Source of the DNA: a virus
Direction: 5' to 3' (one strand)
Length of the DNA stretch: 64,000 nt
Virus record (IMG/VR): IMGVR_UViG_3300037424_000479
Part shown: one piece after another, positions 1 through 9,180 of the stretch
Numbering within the stretch: the first letter of the stretch is position 1
Layout of the letters: each line of letters opens with the position of its first letter
The notes under the pieces: model-generated
The model's database searches: none
Seen by the model: the letters and a program-made list of their open reading frames with translations, nothing else
What the model was told of the DNA's origin: nothing
Made by a program: the position numbers and the translations under genes

Positions 1-938
1 TTAGCTTTCAATTCTGGTATACGTGAGGCCCCCTTAAATTCCCATCCCCACCTCGTTAGAATAGGGTCACAATATTTATGCAAAAAAGAATACTCGTTAG
101 AGAATATCCTTGGTGCAAGCATATGTACCGTCTGGTATAGCTGTGCAGGATATGAAAGGAATGGAGTGCCCGACAGGCATATAACAGCAGGAGACTTAGA
201 GGCGAGATATTGTACAGATTGCGTACGCTTTACAAGGGTCTTGACCGTGACATTCTTCCCTTCCTCTGTAGGAACAGAAACATTTCGATGCTTGTTCGAG
301 GCGTAATGGGACTCGTCTATAATTATGGCGTCATACTCCCACACCTCAATCATATCTATCCAGTGCGTAAGGATATCGTAATTTATTATTAACACCTGAA
401 TGCGCTTATCTATCTGGTACGGAGTACGTCCATACAGCGATTGCGCCCGTAAAGATGACCATTTCTTTACTTCTTGTTCCCATACCAGTTTTGATATGGA
501 GGGGCACACGACGAGGATATGTTGCTTCTTCGCATACAGACACCACGCTAGAGAGGTGAGGGACTTACCAAGACGGGGGGCGAAAGCAAGGAGAGCCTTA
601 CCCTTGAACGTCTCAATGAAGCGTACACCTTCTATCTGATATGAACGTAGCCCCGGCACAAGGAGCGCTTCGTCTATCTGGACTAGATTAACGTCGGATT
701 TCACTACAGCGGGGTATGACGCTTCAAGAGCCGCCTTCAACTCTTCAGAGAGGCTGTATCCATGCTTATGAAGTAAATTTATATTAGCTATACTATAGGG
801 GATTGTCCAGTACTTTTTTACAGGGTCGAACTGTCTGGAAGGGAGGGACTTAATAAAAGCTAACTCTTTACCAAATTCATCCTTTGATACATAAAACGAT
901 ATTACTAACCTATTATTCTGTATATCTACTTTTCGCAC
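1..938 (-). CDS. SNF2-family helicase with N-terminal HARP-like domain (SMARCAL1-like); runs off left edge
   Basis: Absent from ORF track because it has no stop in the window. Manual translation from GTG at 938 (SD AAGGAG): IKSLPSRQFDPVKKYWTIP (HARP-like), LRSYQIEG, AFAPRLGKS (motif I), LVVCP, IIIDESH (motif II), CLSGTP (motif III). Confidence 0.88.
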   Translation of the reverse strand, partial: MRKVDIQNNRLVISFYVSKDEFGKELAFIKSLPSRQFDPVKKYWTIPYSIANINLLHKHGYSLSEELKAALEASYPAVVKSDVNLVQIDEALLVPGLRSYQIEGVRFIETFKGKALLAFAPRLGKSLTSLAWCLYAKKQHILVVCPSISKLVWEQEVKKWSSLRAQSLYGRTPYQIDKRIQVLIINYDILTHWIDMIEVWEYDAIIIDESHYASNKHRNVSVPTEEGKNVTVKTLVKRTQSVQYLASKSPAVICLSGTPFLSYPAQLYQTVHMLAPRIFSNEYSFLHKYCDPILTRWGWEFKGASRIPELKA

Positions 939-1729
939 TGGGGCTCCTTGTCCGAATAAAACTCATTTCTATACAGTTCTAACCATTTAGTAATAAAAGC
1001 ATTTTTGGCTTCTGATGAAGAGGCGTATGGCCCCAATTTATGATGGACATCTCCCCTAGATATTTTACAATAGTAAACACCATTACTACCTGTCCAATTA
1101 CCTCTGAATATTTGGTTCAGATTAGACTGTATTGCCGCCCAAGCATCACTTATTTGTTCATATGACCATAGATAACCCTTATATAATTTAAGAGGTACAA
1201 GATTATTACATATCTGTGAAATGAGTCCTATGCTGAATTTTTTAGATAACTGTGAAAGCGTACTATATTCAGCAACAAGCCTTCCATCCAAATCATACTG
1301 AAATACGGTTCTCTTATCATGCATACACCCTCGTTGTGCCTCAGTCCTTAATTGTGTAATAAAATGCATATTATTTTCCAGCATTGTCACCCATTCAAGA
1401 TTAGAGGCATTATTATTGTGTTTCTTGCCATCTATATGATTAACATATAAAGGTTCATCTGAAAATTTACGTGGACAATATGTGTCTGCTACTAAAGTAT
1501 GCACTAGAAAATGCTTATGCTTCTTTGGGAGCAGTGTAATACTTACAGTTAAGTACCCCTCTTTATGAAATCCAATCTTAGGAGTGTCCTTTCTCAAAAA
1601 ATACGCAGAAGTTGGTGCAACAAAAGAATTATAATATGCCACATCTATTTTAATAATGCCTGTGCTACTAACTAAAATATGGGGATATCTAGGGTGTGCC
1701 TTGAAAGCTCCGTTTATGCTATGCGCCAT
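926..1729 (-). CDS. Free-standing HNH homing endonuclease (HNH_3 plus NUMOD1-like DNA-binding domain)
   Basis: VHTLVADTY...VNHIDGKKHNNNASNLEWVT; RTVFQYDLDGRLVAEY is NUMOD1-like. Confidence 0.88.
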   Translation of the reverse strand: MAHSINGAFKAHPRYPHILVSSTGIIKIDVAYYNSFVAPTSAYFLRKDTPKIGFHKEGYLTVSITLLPKKHKHFLVHTLVADTYCPRKFSDEPLYVNHIDGKKHNNNASNLEWVTMLENNMHFITQLRTEAQRGCMHDKRTVFQYDLDGRLVAEYSTLSQLSKKFSIGLISQICNNLVPLKLYKGYLWSYEQISDAWAAIQSNLNQIFRGNWTGSNGVYYCKISRGDVHHKLGPYASSSEAKNAFITKWLELYRNEFYSDKEPQCEK

Positions 1730-1738
1730 ATATTTCTC

Positions 1739-2674
1739 CTATACCTGTCTCATCCCGGTTATGACGATCAATTCGTCCGTCCTCTTAATGTACAGATAGG
1801 GGCCACCCAGGGCAATAGTATCTCCATCTTTTATAGACTGAAGATGCTTATATAACCCTATAAAAGACCCCTCAAGGGGCATTCCCTCTATGGTCTCTTC
1901 ATACGTTCCTGTACGCTTATCTGATATCACCGTGACACTATTATCTTTGAATGTCAAATGTATCTTAGCAATCCCATCTTCTACAGCGGTATAAAGGGCG
2001 TTCTTCAGCGCCTCTTCTATACCTACAGGCGTCTTCTCAAACGCACCCGTCATCTGTTTAAGAGGTAGGAGCTTATGGACAGGGTATACATCTGCACGGA
2101 GCTTCTTTACCGCAAGGCGACAACCCCCTCCCTGTAATGTGAGATACTCAGGGCCGCTGTGGTACTCCGTGAAAGCGTACTGCTGAATAAGCTTAGCTGA
2201 GGCATCACTAATCCATATCTTGTCCATAGGAGCATCCAGATCACAAAAACACATCTTCTGCCCATCCGTAGCAATCATGTCAAAGTCATCCATATAGATA
2301 CCAGAGTAGGGAGAACGATTCCCGTTGAAGGTACATACCTCTAGCCCTGGATAAAATTTACCCGGAAGGGGAAGAAAGCTGATTATACCCGGAAGGGGTT
2401 TATGTGTATGAGCTATGGGGATGACCGTCAGCCTAGAACGCCCCTTAGAGAATACGACGGCGTTATCCGTCATGGTCACGATACCATCACCAAACTTCTT
2501 GAGCGCGTTATGGATATCCTGTGCCTTAAATGCCATCTTATCTATAGGCACACCACAATTTTCCACCACAAGCACGGCGAATTGCGTCTCTAAATAAAAG
2601 GCACCTTCCTCGAAGTAGCCTACTCCCGTAGCGCTTACGAGAGGCGCTATGAATTTGCTTAAATTCTCTACCAT
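1739..2674 (-). CDS. dnaN: DNA polymerase III beta-clamp-like sliding clamp
   Basis: 311 aa; clamp-like segments (SGIYMDDFDMIATDGQKM, IHLTFKDNSVTVIS); a DnaX-like loader is in the same arm. Confidence 0.7.
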   Translation of the reverse strand: MVENLSKFIAPLVSATGVGYFEEGAFYLETQFAVLVVENCGVPIDKMAFKAQDIHNALKKFGDGIVTMTDNAVVFSKGRSRLTVIPIAHTHKPLPGIISFLPLPGKFYPGLEVCTFNGNRSPYSGIYMDDFDMIATDGQKMCFCDLDAPMDKIWISDASAKLIQQYAFTEYHSGPEYLTLQGGGCRLAVKKLRADVYPVHKLLPLKQMTGAFEKTPVGIEEALKNALYTAVEDGIAKIHLTFKDNSVTVISDKRTGTYEETIEGMPLEGSFIGLYKHLQSIKDGDTIALGGPYLYIKRTDELIVITGMRQV

Positions 2675-3003
2675 ACAGACAAATCTTCGATGACTTTAAT
2701 ATCGTCCATATCTATAGAAATACCATTATCTTTCAATAATGATATAAAATTAGGGGCTTCTTTAATAAGTTCTGGCAGTGTGTTTCCTTTTACTAACCAG
2801 TAATAACGATCCTCTCCCCCATAACATCCATCCCCCGCAGTTGCGTAGGTAATTCCTATTGCGTCCAATTTGTCATTGACAGAAAGGTCATCACCATTAT
2901 CTTCGTTAAGAGCATCTTTGTGGAAATTATTCCAAGCAGTGTATAGCATATCCTCAGTTATCAGGATACCAACACCCCCAACGCCATCGTAATCTACTCC
3001 CAT
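2668..3003 (-). CDS. Hypothetical protein
   Basis: Start trimmed to MGVDYDG after SD AAGGAGG. Confidence 0.7.
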   Translation of the reverse strand: MGVDYDGVGGVGILITEDMLYTAWNNFHKDALNEDNGDDLSVNDKLDAIGITYATAGDGCYGGEDRYYWLVKGNTLPELIKEAPNFISLLKDNGISIDMDDIKVIEDLSVW

Positions 3004-3035
3004 ATTGTCCTCCTTCTGTCTATTATATAGACGAA

Positions 3036-3911
3036 TTATCCAAATGTCAATGCGTGTATTTGTCCCACTTCCTCTTGGGTACAATCCCCCGGATCATGGT
3101 CAAGCCCAATGTCCAATATCTCCACTTCTGTTCCTAAACAAGCCAACTGTTCTGCATACCTTTTGGCTTTCTTCTGTGCTATTTCTTCTGGATCAAATAT
3201 AAATACAACTTTCTTGAATTCACTGAGAGCTATAATCTGCTTCTGTGTCATGGTAGTACCCAGACCACAGACGTAATCATCCCCCATCCTGAATACATCA
3301 TAGGTGCCTTCTAGGACACCTACAATATCTTTATTGCAGTTCTGTATATTAAATAGAATGTCTTTTGGGTTCTGTACACTCTTTACTACTGAGAGGGTCT
3401 TATAACGCTCTTCCTGTTGCCCCGTTATATCTCTACCCTGGTACGTTAATAGCTTACCATTTCTATCATATACAGGGGTTAGAATTCTATAACGCCAATC
3501 CCCTGATATGCCACCATACGTGAGATGATACTTTTGTTCAAGAAATAAAGGATCGAATTTACGACCCTTTAGATAACGTAAAGCCTCAATGGGTAGGGGG
3601 TCTCCTGGCATCTCAAGATGAAGCGCTTCCGCTCTCTTACGCATAATCTGTATACGCGGAGCATCTTCATACTTCTCTTGTACTGCATCAGGATCGAGCT
3701 TAGGAGTGAGCGTATGTATAACACGCCATAGAGACTTGCCTCCGCATTTCCAGCAGAAGCAGTTCGCGGCACTTAGGTTAATTCCAAGGTGATTGCTGTG
3801 ATCCCCGCAGAAAGGGCACTGGACATTGACCCATCCAGGTTGACAGTTCTTGCCAGATGTCCAGTATTGTATATGACTGTCACTGAGATATCGTATAACA
3901 TCAAACGCCAT
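3036..3911 (-). CDS. DNA primase (zinc finger plus Toprim)
   Basis: CPFCGDHSNHLG..C.C..CG zinc finger; YQGRDI; VLEGTYD and FIFDPE Toprim motifs. Confidence 0.9.
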   Translation of the reverse strand: MAFDVIRYLSDSHIQYWTSGKNCQPGWVNVQCPFCGDHSNHLGINLSAANCFCWKCGGKSLWRVIHTLTPKLDPDAVQEKYEDAPRIQIMRKRAEALHLEMPGDPLPIEALRYLKGRKFDPLFLEQKYHLTYGGISGDWRYRILTPVYDRNGKLLTYQGRDITGQQEERYKTLSVVKSVQNPKDILFNIQNCNKDIVGVLEGTYDVFRMGDDYVCGLGTTMTQKQIIALSEFKKVVFIFDPEEIAQKKAKRYAEQLACLGTEVEILDIGLDHDPGDCTQEEVGQIHALTFG

Positions 3912-3926
3912 ACCATGCCTTTAATA

Positions 3927-3952
3927 ATGAGCGGCCAAAAAAGGCCGCTCAT
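3927..3952. terminator. 10-bp GC-rich hairpin, possible terminator
   Basis: ATGAGCGGCC-AAAAAA-GGCCGCTCAT; U-tract weak. Confidence 0.5.
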
Positions 3953-3954
3953 AG

Positions 3955-4128
3955 CTAATCGGTAATTTCTTTGGTGCGAAGAAAGGCTAGTGCTCTGCGA
4001 GCCTCATAGACTTCCTCACTTAGCGTCTCTTTGTCTTTAGCGTCTCGTGTCCACTCGCTGTATAAATTGATGCTATCCAATTCATCGAGCGCTAACTCAA
4101 GGGCGTTAAATGAGGTGTCTATGGTCAT
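3955..4128 (-). CDS. Hypothetical protein, 57 aa
   Basis: Manual translation MTIDTSFNALELALDELDS...; SD GAGG; fills the gap between genes. Confidence 0.6.
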   Translation of the reverse strand: MTIDTSFNALELALDELDSINLYSEWTRDAKDKETLSEEVYEARRALAFLRTKEITD

Positions 4129-4133
4129 ATATT

Positions 4134-4451
4134 TTACCTCTCCGCGAAGTCGATACGGACTTTCTGGTAATCGAAATCCGTGCCATTGTCAAGGTGATAG
4201 ATAGAGGACTGAAGGTGTCCACGGATACGAACGTACTCGCCGACCTTGAAGGTGCCAAACGAATCGAGTACGTTATCCGAAGCTACTGCACTGTACTTGT
4301 AGTGTCCGATGCCGTTCTGGTGACGGCGATGGGTGCAGATGAAAAGGTCTTGATACTTCTTGTCGCCCTGTAGCTTTATCTCACTGGCGAAAACCACTTC
4401 TCCCTCAAGGAGAACCAGGTTAATAGGATTCATGTCATTGTCGTTGCTCAT
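4134..4451 (-). CDS. SSB/PriB-like OB-fold protein
   Basis: INLVLLEGEV...KVGEYVRIRGHLQS pattern of bacterial SSB; no acidic tail. Confidence 0.65.
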   Translation of the reverse strand: MSNDNDMNPINLVLLEGEVVFASEIKLQGDKKYQDLFICTHRRHQNGIGHYKYSAVASDNVLDSFGTFKVGEYVRIRGHLQSSIYHLDNGTDFDYQKVRIDFAER

Positions 4452-4654
4452 TGTTGTACTCCTCTTCTTCCATGTAGTTCTGAGCTTCTTGCATAAGCTC
4501 CCTAGTTTCTGTCTCTTCTACTCGATCCAGTTCCTGATTGTAATAGTTGTACCGCTTTTTGACAGCCCCTACTACTCTGTACGAACGTCCCACTGCTTTT
4601 TCCTCCTGCCAGCACTATGCTATAGAATTATTGTTTGTGTCAAGCACCCCTTGT

Positions 4655-5071
4655 CTATTCCGATCCTCCCTCTATTATCTCAATAACAGCTTCAACATCT
4701 TTATAAGTCATGTCTCTTGCATAAGCCTCTACCCTTTCCCGTAAAGTTCTCTTATATTCACTATCAAATGTCTTCTTCAAAGAAGCATAATCCTTATCGG
4801 TTAGCGTGGGCTTCTCAAAGGTAATGTCCTCTAGGAGGAGTTTTACCACTTCATCGAGTCGGCTTCTCAGTGGTGAATTATCTTTTACTACAAAAGTAGC
4901 GCTCCAAGTTTTGTCTATTCCTAAAGCTGATAGAATAGAGGTCTCTGACGCCTTACTAATATAATTTTTTATATTCTCTTCTACTTTATCTTTAGAGTAG
5001 GAAGCTAACTTAATAGCAACTGTTTCATCCATTACCTTCTTTACTCTTTGCGCCTTGTCTTTATTCGTCAT
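4655..5071 (-). CDS. Hypothetical protein
   Basis: ORF in co-oriented gene run with SD. Confidence 0.7.
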   Translation of the reverse strand: MTNKDKAQRVKKVMDETVAIKLASYSKDKVEENIKNYISKASETSILSALGIDKTWSATFVVKDNSPLRSRLDEVVKLLLEDITFEKPTLTDKDYASLKKTFDSEYKRTLRERVEAYARDMTYKDVEAVIEIIEGGSE

Positions 5072-5084
5072 AGTGCCCTCCTTA

Positions 5085-5282
5085 TTAGTATTGTTCCGTT
5101 CCTGTTCTCAATTTATAATCATCAGCTACTACACGCCAGTATATAGGATTAGTATCTGATGCCAATTCATCACATATTATATTACAAATAGCTTTTACTG
5201 CGGTATCGGATAGTCTAGGTAAGTCAATAAACGCCTCCTTAAAGGTTTCATCATCAAAATTGCTATACATTAGTATCTTCAT
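5085..5282 (-). CDS. Hypothetical protein
   Basis: ATGA overlap with upstream gene. Confidence 0.65.
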   Translation of the reverse strand: MKILMYSNFDDETFKEAFIDLPRLSDTAVKAICNIICDELASDTNPIYWRVVADDYKLRTGTEQY

Positions 5283-5629
5283 TTCGTCCCTCCCAGCAGT
5301 TCAGAATTTTCGTGAGTGTTACCAATTACCTCACATTCAAGATAATCTCTGGGCTTCAAAATATAGCCATGATCGCCTCTAGTAAGCGAATAGCCAATTC
5401 CTACAAACTCAACGTATCCTTTAATAAGACCATAATCGAGTATATCCCCTTCCCATATCTCCTTGCTGTTTTTGTCGCGGAGGCCAGTAAACTGCTCGTT
5501 TATATATGGCTGTCCTCTTCCGGTGAACGGCCCGCTTTGATATGCCCCGCCTTCGTGATTATATATCCCCCAGGTTCCTATATATTTTTTTAACGTCTCA
5601 CTCCATGTCCTAAACTTAATCTCCCTCAC
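5279..5629 (-). CDS. YopX-family protein
   Basis: MREIKFRTW...EQFTGLRDKNSKEIWEGDIL...EVIGNTHENSELL. Confidence 0.9.
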   Translation of the reverse strand: MREIKFRTWSETLKKYIGTWGIYNHEGGAYQSGPFTGRGQPYINEQFTGLRDKNSKEIWEGDILDYGLIKGYVEFVGIGYSLTRGDHGYILKPRDYLECEVIGNTHENSELLGGTK

Positions 5630-5973
5630 TTCGTCCTCCCTTCCGCTTTCATAAGAGCTTCACGTGCAATATCACAAGGCTCTTTATAACCATTATACCA
5701 ATCACAATTATGTATCGCTTCAAGTGCCTCCTGTAACTCCTCTATCTCTGCCTTTAGCGGGGCCTCAATAGAGATATCATGGGCAAGTACAAAAGCTTGA
5801 GCCGCGATCTGCGATTCTACAAGTGTAAACTCGTTTCGGATGTTAAGTACAAGAGCTGATAGCATATCTTCACTTGGGATCATTTCTATCCTCCTTGTAT
5901 TCACTTTCACGGTATATTTTGGCATTGCGATATTCTCGGCCCCACCGCATCGCCGCAAGAGCATGTGTGGCAT
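5626..5973 (-). CDS. Hypothetical protein (true start probably internal)
   Basis: Coupled to YopX by ATGA overlap; contains EAPLKAEIE motif. Confidence 0.6.
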   Translation of the reverse strand: MPHMLLRRCGGAENIAMPKYTVKVNTRRIEMIPSEDMLSALVLNIRNEFTLVESQIAAQAFVLAHDISIEAPLKAEIEELQEALEAIHNCDWYNGYKEPCDIAREALMKAEGRTK

Positions 5974-6058
5974 TACCTATAGTCTCGTATCTTCGGGCGT
6001 TCTCATATTTTACAGTGACCCCGGTACCATCAGCCTTCCAACACCCATGGATCAAACA

Positions 6059-6298
6059 TTATACCCCTTCCTCTCTCGTTGATATAGTTTTTATTTCAAC
6101 TCTGTATGTCTCAGGCGATATCTCAAAAAGACCTAGTATAGTAACCCCACTAGTTGGGGCTAGATTGTACGTTTTTCTTACGTATTCCCTACACTGTCCT
6201 AGATCAATATTTTCACAACGAGAACTAACAAATACGTTACCAGACTGTTGTTCGCATTTATATGCAACTAGCCAAAACGACATTCGTTTCTTTTTCAC
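6059..6298 (-). CDS. Hypothetical protein
   Basis: Coupled to neighbours by start/stop overlap. Confidence 0.6.
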   Translation of the reverse strand: MKKKRMSFWLVAYKCEQQSGNVFVSSRCENIDLGQCREYVRKTYNLAPTSGVTILGLFEISPETYRVEIKTISTREEGV

Positions 6299-6537
6299 TT
6301 CACCCTACCTTCCGCCTTATCCAGAGCCGCAACCGCAAGCCGCCGCCAGTCAGGGTCATCGCAAAGAGCCGACTGTAGCGCGGCGTGCATGTCGGGGGCG
6401 GCGGAGTATAATAAGGCGTCACCCCTATGTTGGACCAGGGCGAGATGTTTTACCCCATCAGTAATTAGATATTGACCCGATGTGCCGTTGACCCGCTCAG
6501 CACTCGTTGGCCTGCGCGTAAATCTCTCTTCGCTCAT
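6295..6537 (-). CDS. Hypothetical protein
   Basis: C-terminal AAPDM..AL.....A..ALDKAEG motif common in phage small proteins. Confidence 0.65.
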   Translation of the reverse strand: MSEERFTRRPTSAERVNGTSGQYLITDGVKHLALVQHRGDALLYSAAPDMHAALQSALCDDPDWRRLAVAALDKAEGRVK

Positions 6538-7160
6538 ATCCCCGACCCTTCCTTTATATGCCCTGGTTCCGCTGGCTTCTCGTTTAGCTCTTCCATGAGC
6601 TGACCATAATCAACCGAATTGAGCCTATGGATAAACTCTTGGTCATCAAAATCTGGATCGTACGACTTAATCGCCGCAACTGCAATTTTTAACTTTTCGC
6701 GTAACGAATAAATCTCTTGCATTAACAGGTCGTCTACCTTTGGCTCCGGTTCCGCTGGCGAGGCAGTGAGGGCTTTATCAATACGCTTTATTATAGATTT
6801 TAGAAGTGGCGTATTTTCCCATCGGCGAATCTTTCGGATAAGTTCACGCACATACATGCACGCTTTTTCCGCCTCCCGTAGACTCTCAATCTCAGCCTTG
6901 AGCGGGGCTTCGGCATTAGATGCCATCTGCATAAATATGCAATCGGCGGCAGAATGGTGTCCGTGCCCGCGATGATTGATAGTGCATCCACATGACGGAC
7001 AGCGCTTTGCGCTATCTTCGAGTTCCTTGATCCTATCATTGAGCGGGGCTTCGATGGAGACGCGGTAGTCGGTTATGTCTTTTATTCCCTTAGCGACATA
7101 GTGCGAGCCTTTTACTTTGCGATATAATGCGTACGCTTCACCCCCTTCATTCGGCGTCAT
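6534..7160 (-). CDS. Hypothetical protein with CPSCG zinc ribbon
   Basis: Start trimmed to MTPNEGG (ATGA overlap, SD GGAGG). Confidence 0.6.
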   Translation of the reverse strand: MTPNEGGEAYALYRKVKGSHYVAKGIKDITDYRVSIEAPLNDRIKELEDSAKRCPSCGCTINHRGHGHHSAADCIFMQMASNAEAPLKAEIESLREAEKACMYVRELIRKIRRWENTPLLKSIIKRIDKALTASPAEPEPKVDDLLMQEIYSLREKLKIAVAAIKSYDPDFDDQEFIHRLNSVDYGQLMEELNEKPAEPGHIKEGSGI

Positions 7161-7351
7161 GGCTGGCCTCCTTGATCTCCGATAAGTATATCCCATGCCT
7201 TTCTAGCCCCGTGCATTGTATTCCGCCGTGGCCCAAGTTTCCCGCAAATGAGACACTTTACTTTGAAAGTATGGTCGCCTGACTTCCGGACTTCTTTTTG
7301 TATTGCCATGTTTTGGTTACAGTGCTTTGGGCAATCAGCCATTTTTTTCAT
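7157..7351 (-). CDS. Lar (restriction alleviation)-like zinc-ribbon protein
   Basis: CPKHC...FKVKCLICGKLGP...ARKAWD. Confidence 0.55.
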   Translation of the reverse strand: MKKMADCPKHCNQNMAIQKEVRKSGDHTFKVKCLICGKLGPRRNTMHGARKAWDILIGDQGGQP

Positions 7352-7992
7352 CCTTCTACCTCCGTGCGCATGATGGCGGCGCGTAAGTCTGCTGGTGTCC
7401 AGTAATCACCTTCCCCCTCATCAACACAATCTTTTAACAGGACAAATCTTGCGGCCCTATCCGCGCACGCCTTCCGCTCTTCAGCCTTTATGCGCTCCCG
7501 GTCGGCGGTTATGAGGGCGTATAGCTTCCCATCATCGAGTAGTTTTAGCGCTGATGATATCGGTAAAATATCGTATATCTGATGACATAGTTTTTCTGCA
7601 TCCTCACCAGGCTCCGTGGCTTTTACTGATATCCATGGGCGCATTGGTATTATATTCCCTTGATCCTCGCTTGCCTCTACGTCTAACAACTTGTGTTTTA
7701 TATCATATTTCCACTGTTCAAGATTAGTGGCAATGGCATGAGTTATTGGATCATTTCGATATAGCATTACTGACTCGTAACGTGCCACCGTACCATTCTG
7801 AATAACGTCAAGCGCGGCATCCCACTGCTTTCCATTCGATTCTGCAACTCGTGAATTGAAGGCGGTCAAAGCTTCCCTCGCTTGTGCCATTTCAGCCCAT
7901 GCAAAATCATTGTCAGTATTTTTGCTATGTATCCTGACGATTGACATTAATTCTTTAAGCGCGTTGCAAAGCGCCTCTATTTTATCGTCCAT
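7348..7992 (-). CDS. Hypothetical protein
   Basis: ORF in co-oriented run with SD. Confidence 0.65.
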   Translation of the reverse strand: MDDKIEALCNALKELMSIVRIHSKNTDNDFAWAEMAQAREALTAFNSRVAESNGKQWDAALDVIQNGTVARYESVMLYRNDPITHAIATNLEQWKYDIKHKLLDVEASEDQGNIIPMRPWISVKATEPGEDAEKLCHQIYDILPISSALKLLDDGKLYALITADRERIKAEERKACADRAARFVLLKDCVDEGEGDYWTPADLRAAIMRTEVEG

Positions 7993-8032
7993 CGTTGACT
8001 CCTTTCTTTACTATTCCATTAGATTGCAGTTG

Positions 8033-8269
8033 TTATACATCCTTAACAGCATACTGTTTACTACATATACACCACAAAGCCTCGTCGCAAACCATTGTTT
8101 CAGCCACCCGTAATGCGCTTGAATGCTCAAAGCTATCGTGTTCAGCCTCGAACATACGGGCCAGCACGCGGAGTTTACCACCCGTACCGCCGTGCAGTAA
8201 TCCAGTTTTTTTCCAGTCAAGTATCTCGGCGGCAAGATCGGACATATTTTCTTTTATGTACTCTTCCAC
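8033..8269 (-). CDS. Hypothetical protein
   Basis: ORF in co-oriented run. Confidence 0.6.
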   Translation of the reverse strand: MEEYIKENMSDLAAEILDWKKTGLLHGGTGGKLRVLARMFEAEHDSFEHSSALRVAETMVCDEALWCICSKQYAVKDV

Positions 8270-8381
8270 TGTTTTACCCCTTTGCGGCTAGGTGTGTGTC
8301 GGCATAGTGCCGAAGGTGGTATGCCGCTAAAACATTCGCATAACATTTGCTTAACCTGCTTTAGTCAGGTTGAAGCAGTTG

Positions 8382-8612
8382 TTAGATGTACGTTATCAAA
8401 TGCTGTGGATGGTATGACTTTACTTGTTTTTCGCCGTCCATTCTTATCCGCAAGTAAGCCCCCATACTTCCAACTATTGTTCCGTAGCCAGAAGCTCCAT
8501 AAATAATACGTCCTCCGCGTTTTGCCGGAACCCCATAAAACTTTCGTATATATTCCATGAATACCTCCGTTCGCAGTCCGTGTTTTGTACTCACAACACG
8601 GCAAGAATCCAT
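8382..8612 (-). CDS. Small conserved phage hypothetical protein
   Basis: IRKFYGVPAKRGGRI...YLRIRMDG...YHP motif; true start probably MEYIRKF. Confidence 0.7.
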   Translation of the reverse strand: MDSCRVVSTKHGLRTEVFMEYIRKFYGVPAKRGGRIIYGASGYGTIVGSMGAYLRIRMDGEKQVKSYHPQHLITYI

Positions 8613-8656
8613 CTAACAAGTATTATACCTTTCGGCATAACTACATATGAAATTTC

Positions 8657-9112
8657 CTATATAAGCTCTACCCGTTCCACGAATTCCACCCCATCTTCTA
8701 CAGCAAAATGGAAGACCTTCCCCCATCCTGTTACACGAAGGCTGTCTCGTGTCTCTTCCCACCAATCCCCGCTTATTAGCGCGAAGTTGCGTATCTTAAC
8801 CCTGTCCGAGCGGTCTATGGCCTTCTTGACGTATAGGGAAGGACGTACCTGATCGGTCAAAAGAGATGCTCTACTCCTGGTTAGGAGGATTAGCTTAGTG
8901 GCTGAGGGCCACATGAGAACATCGTAGATGGGGATATGCACGATGTAGCTCTTATCCTGCCTAATCATCAGATTAGCATTAAATCTCTCCCCAGGGTAAA
9001 CCATATTGGGATGACACCCGCCTGGCACCACCGCCACGATCTTACCCGCCCTGTTCGTCACGGCCCCATTTGAATTCTTCGTCGTCCACTCTACATACTG
9101 TCCTACGCGCAT
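8657..9112 (-). CDS. Hypothetical protein
   Basis: SD GAGG; TTGACA promoter upstream near 9170. Confidence 0.65.
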   Translation of the reverse strand: MRVGQYVEWTTKNSNGAVTNRAGKIVAVVPGGCHPNMVYPGERFNANLMIRQDKSYIVHIPIYDVLMWPSATKLILLTRSRASLLTDQVRPSLYVKKAIDRSDRVKIRNFALISGDWWEETRDSLRVTGWGKVFHFAVEDGVEFVERVELI

Positions 9113-9180
9113 TTGTGCTCCTCTATTAAAAATCTATACACATACTATATCGAAGGAATCCCCGATTGTCAAGCGAATTG

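Noticed and set aside
420-440. Apparent frameshift in the SNF2 helicase
   Set aside because: Re-reading shows ctg tat gga cgt act; the frame is continuous
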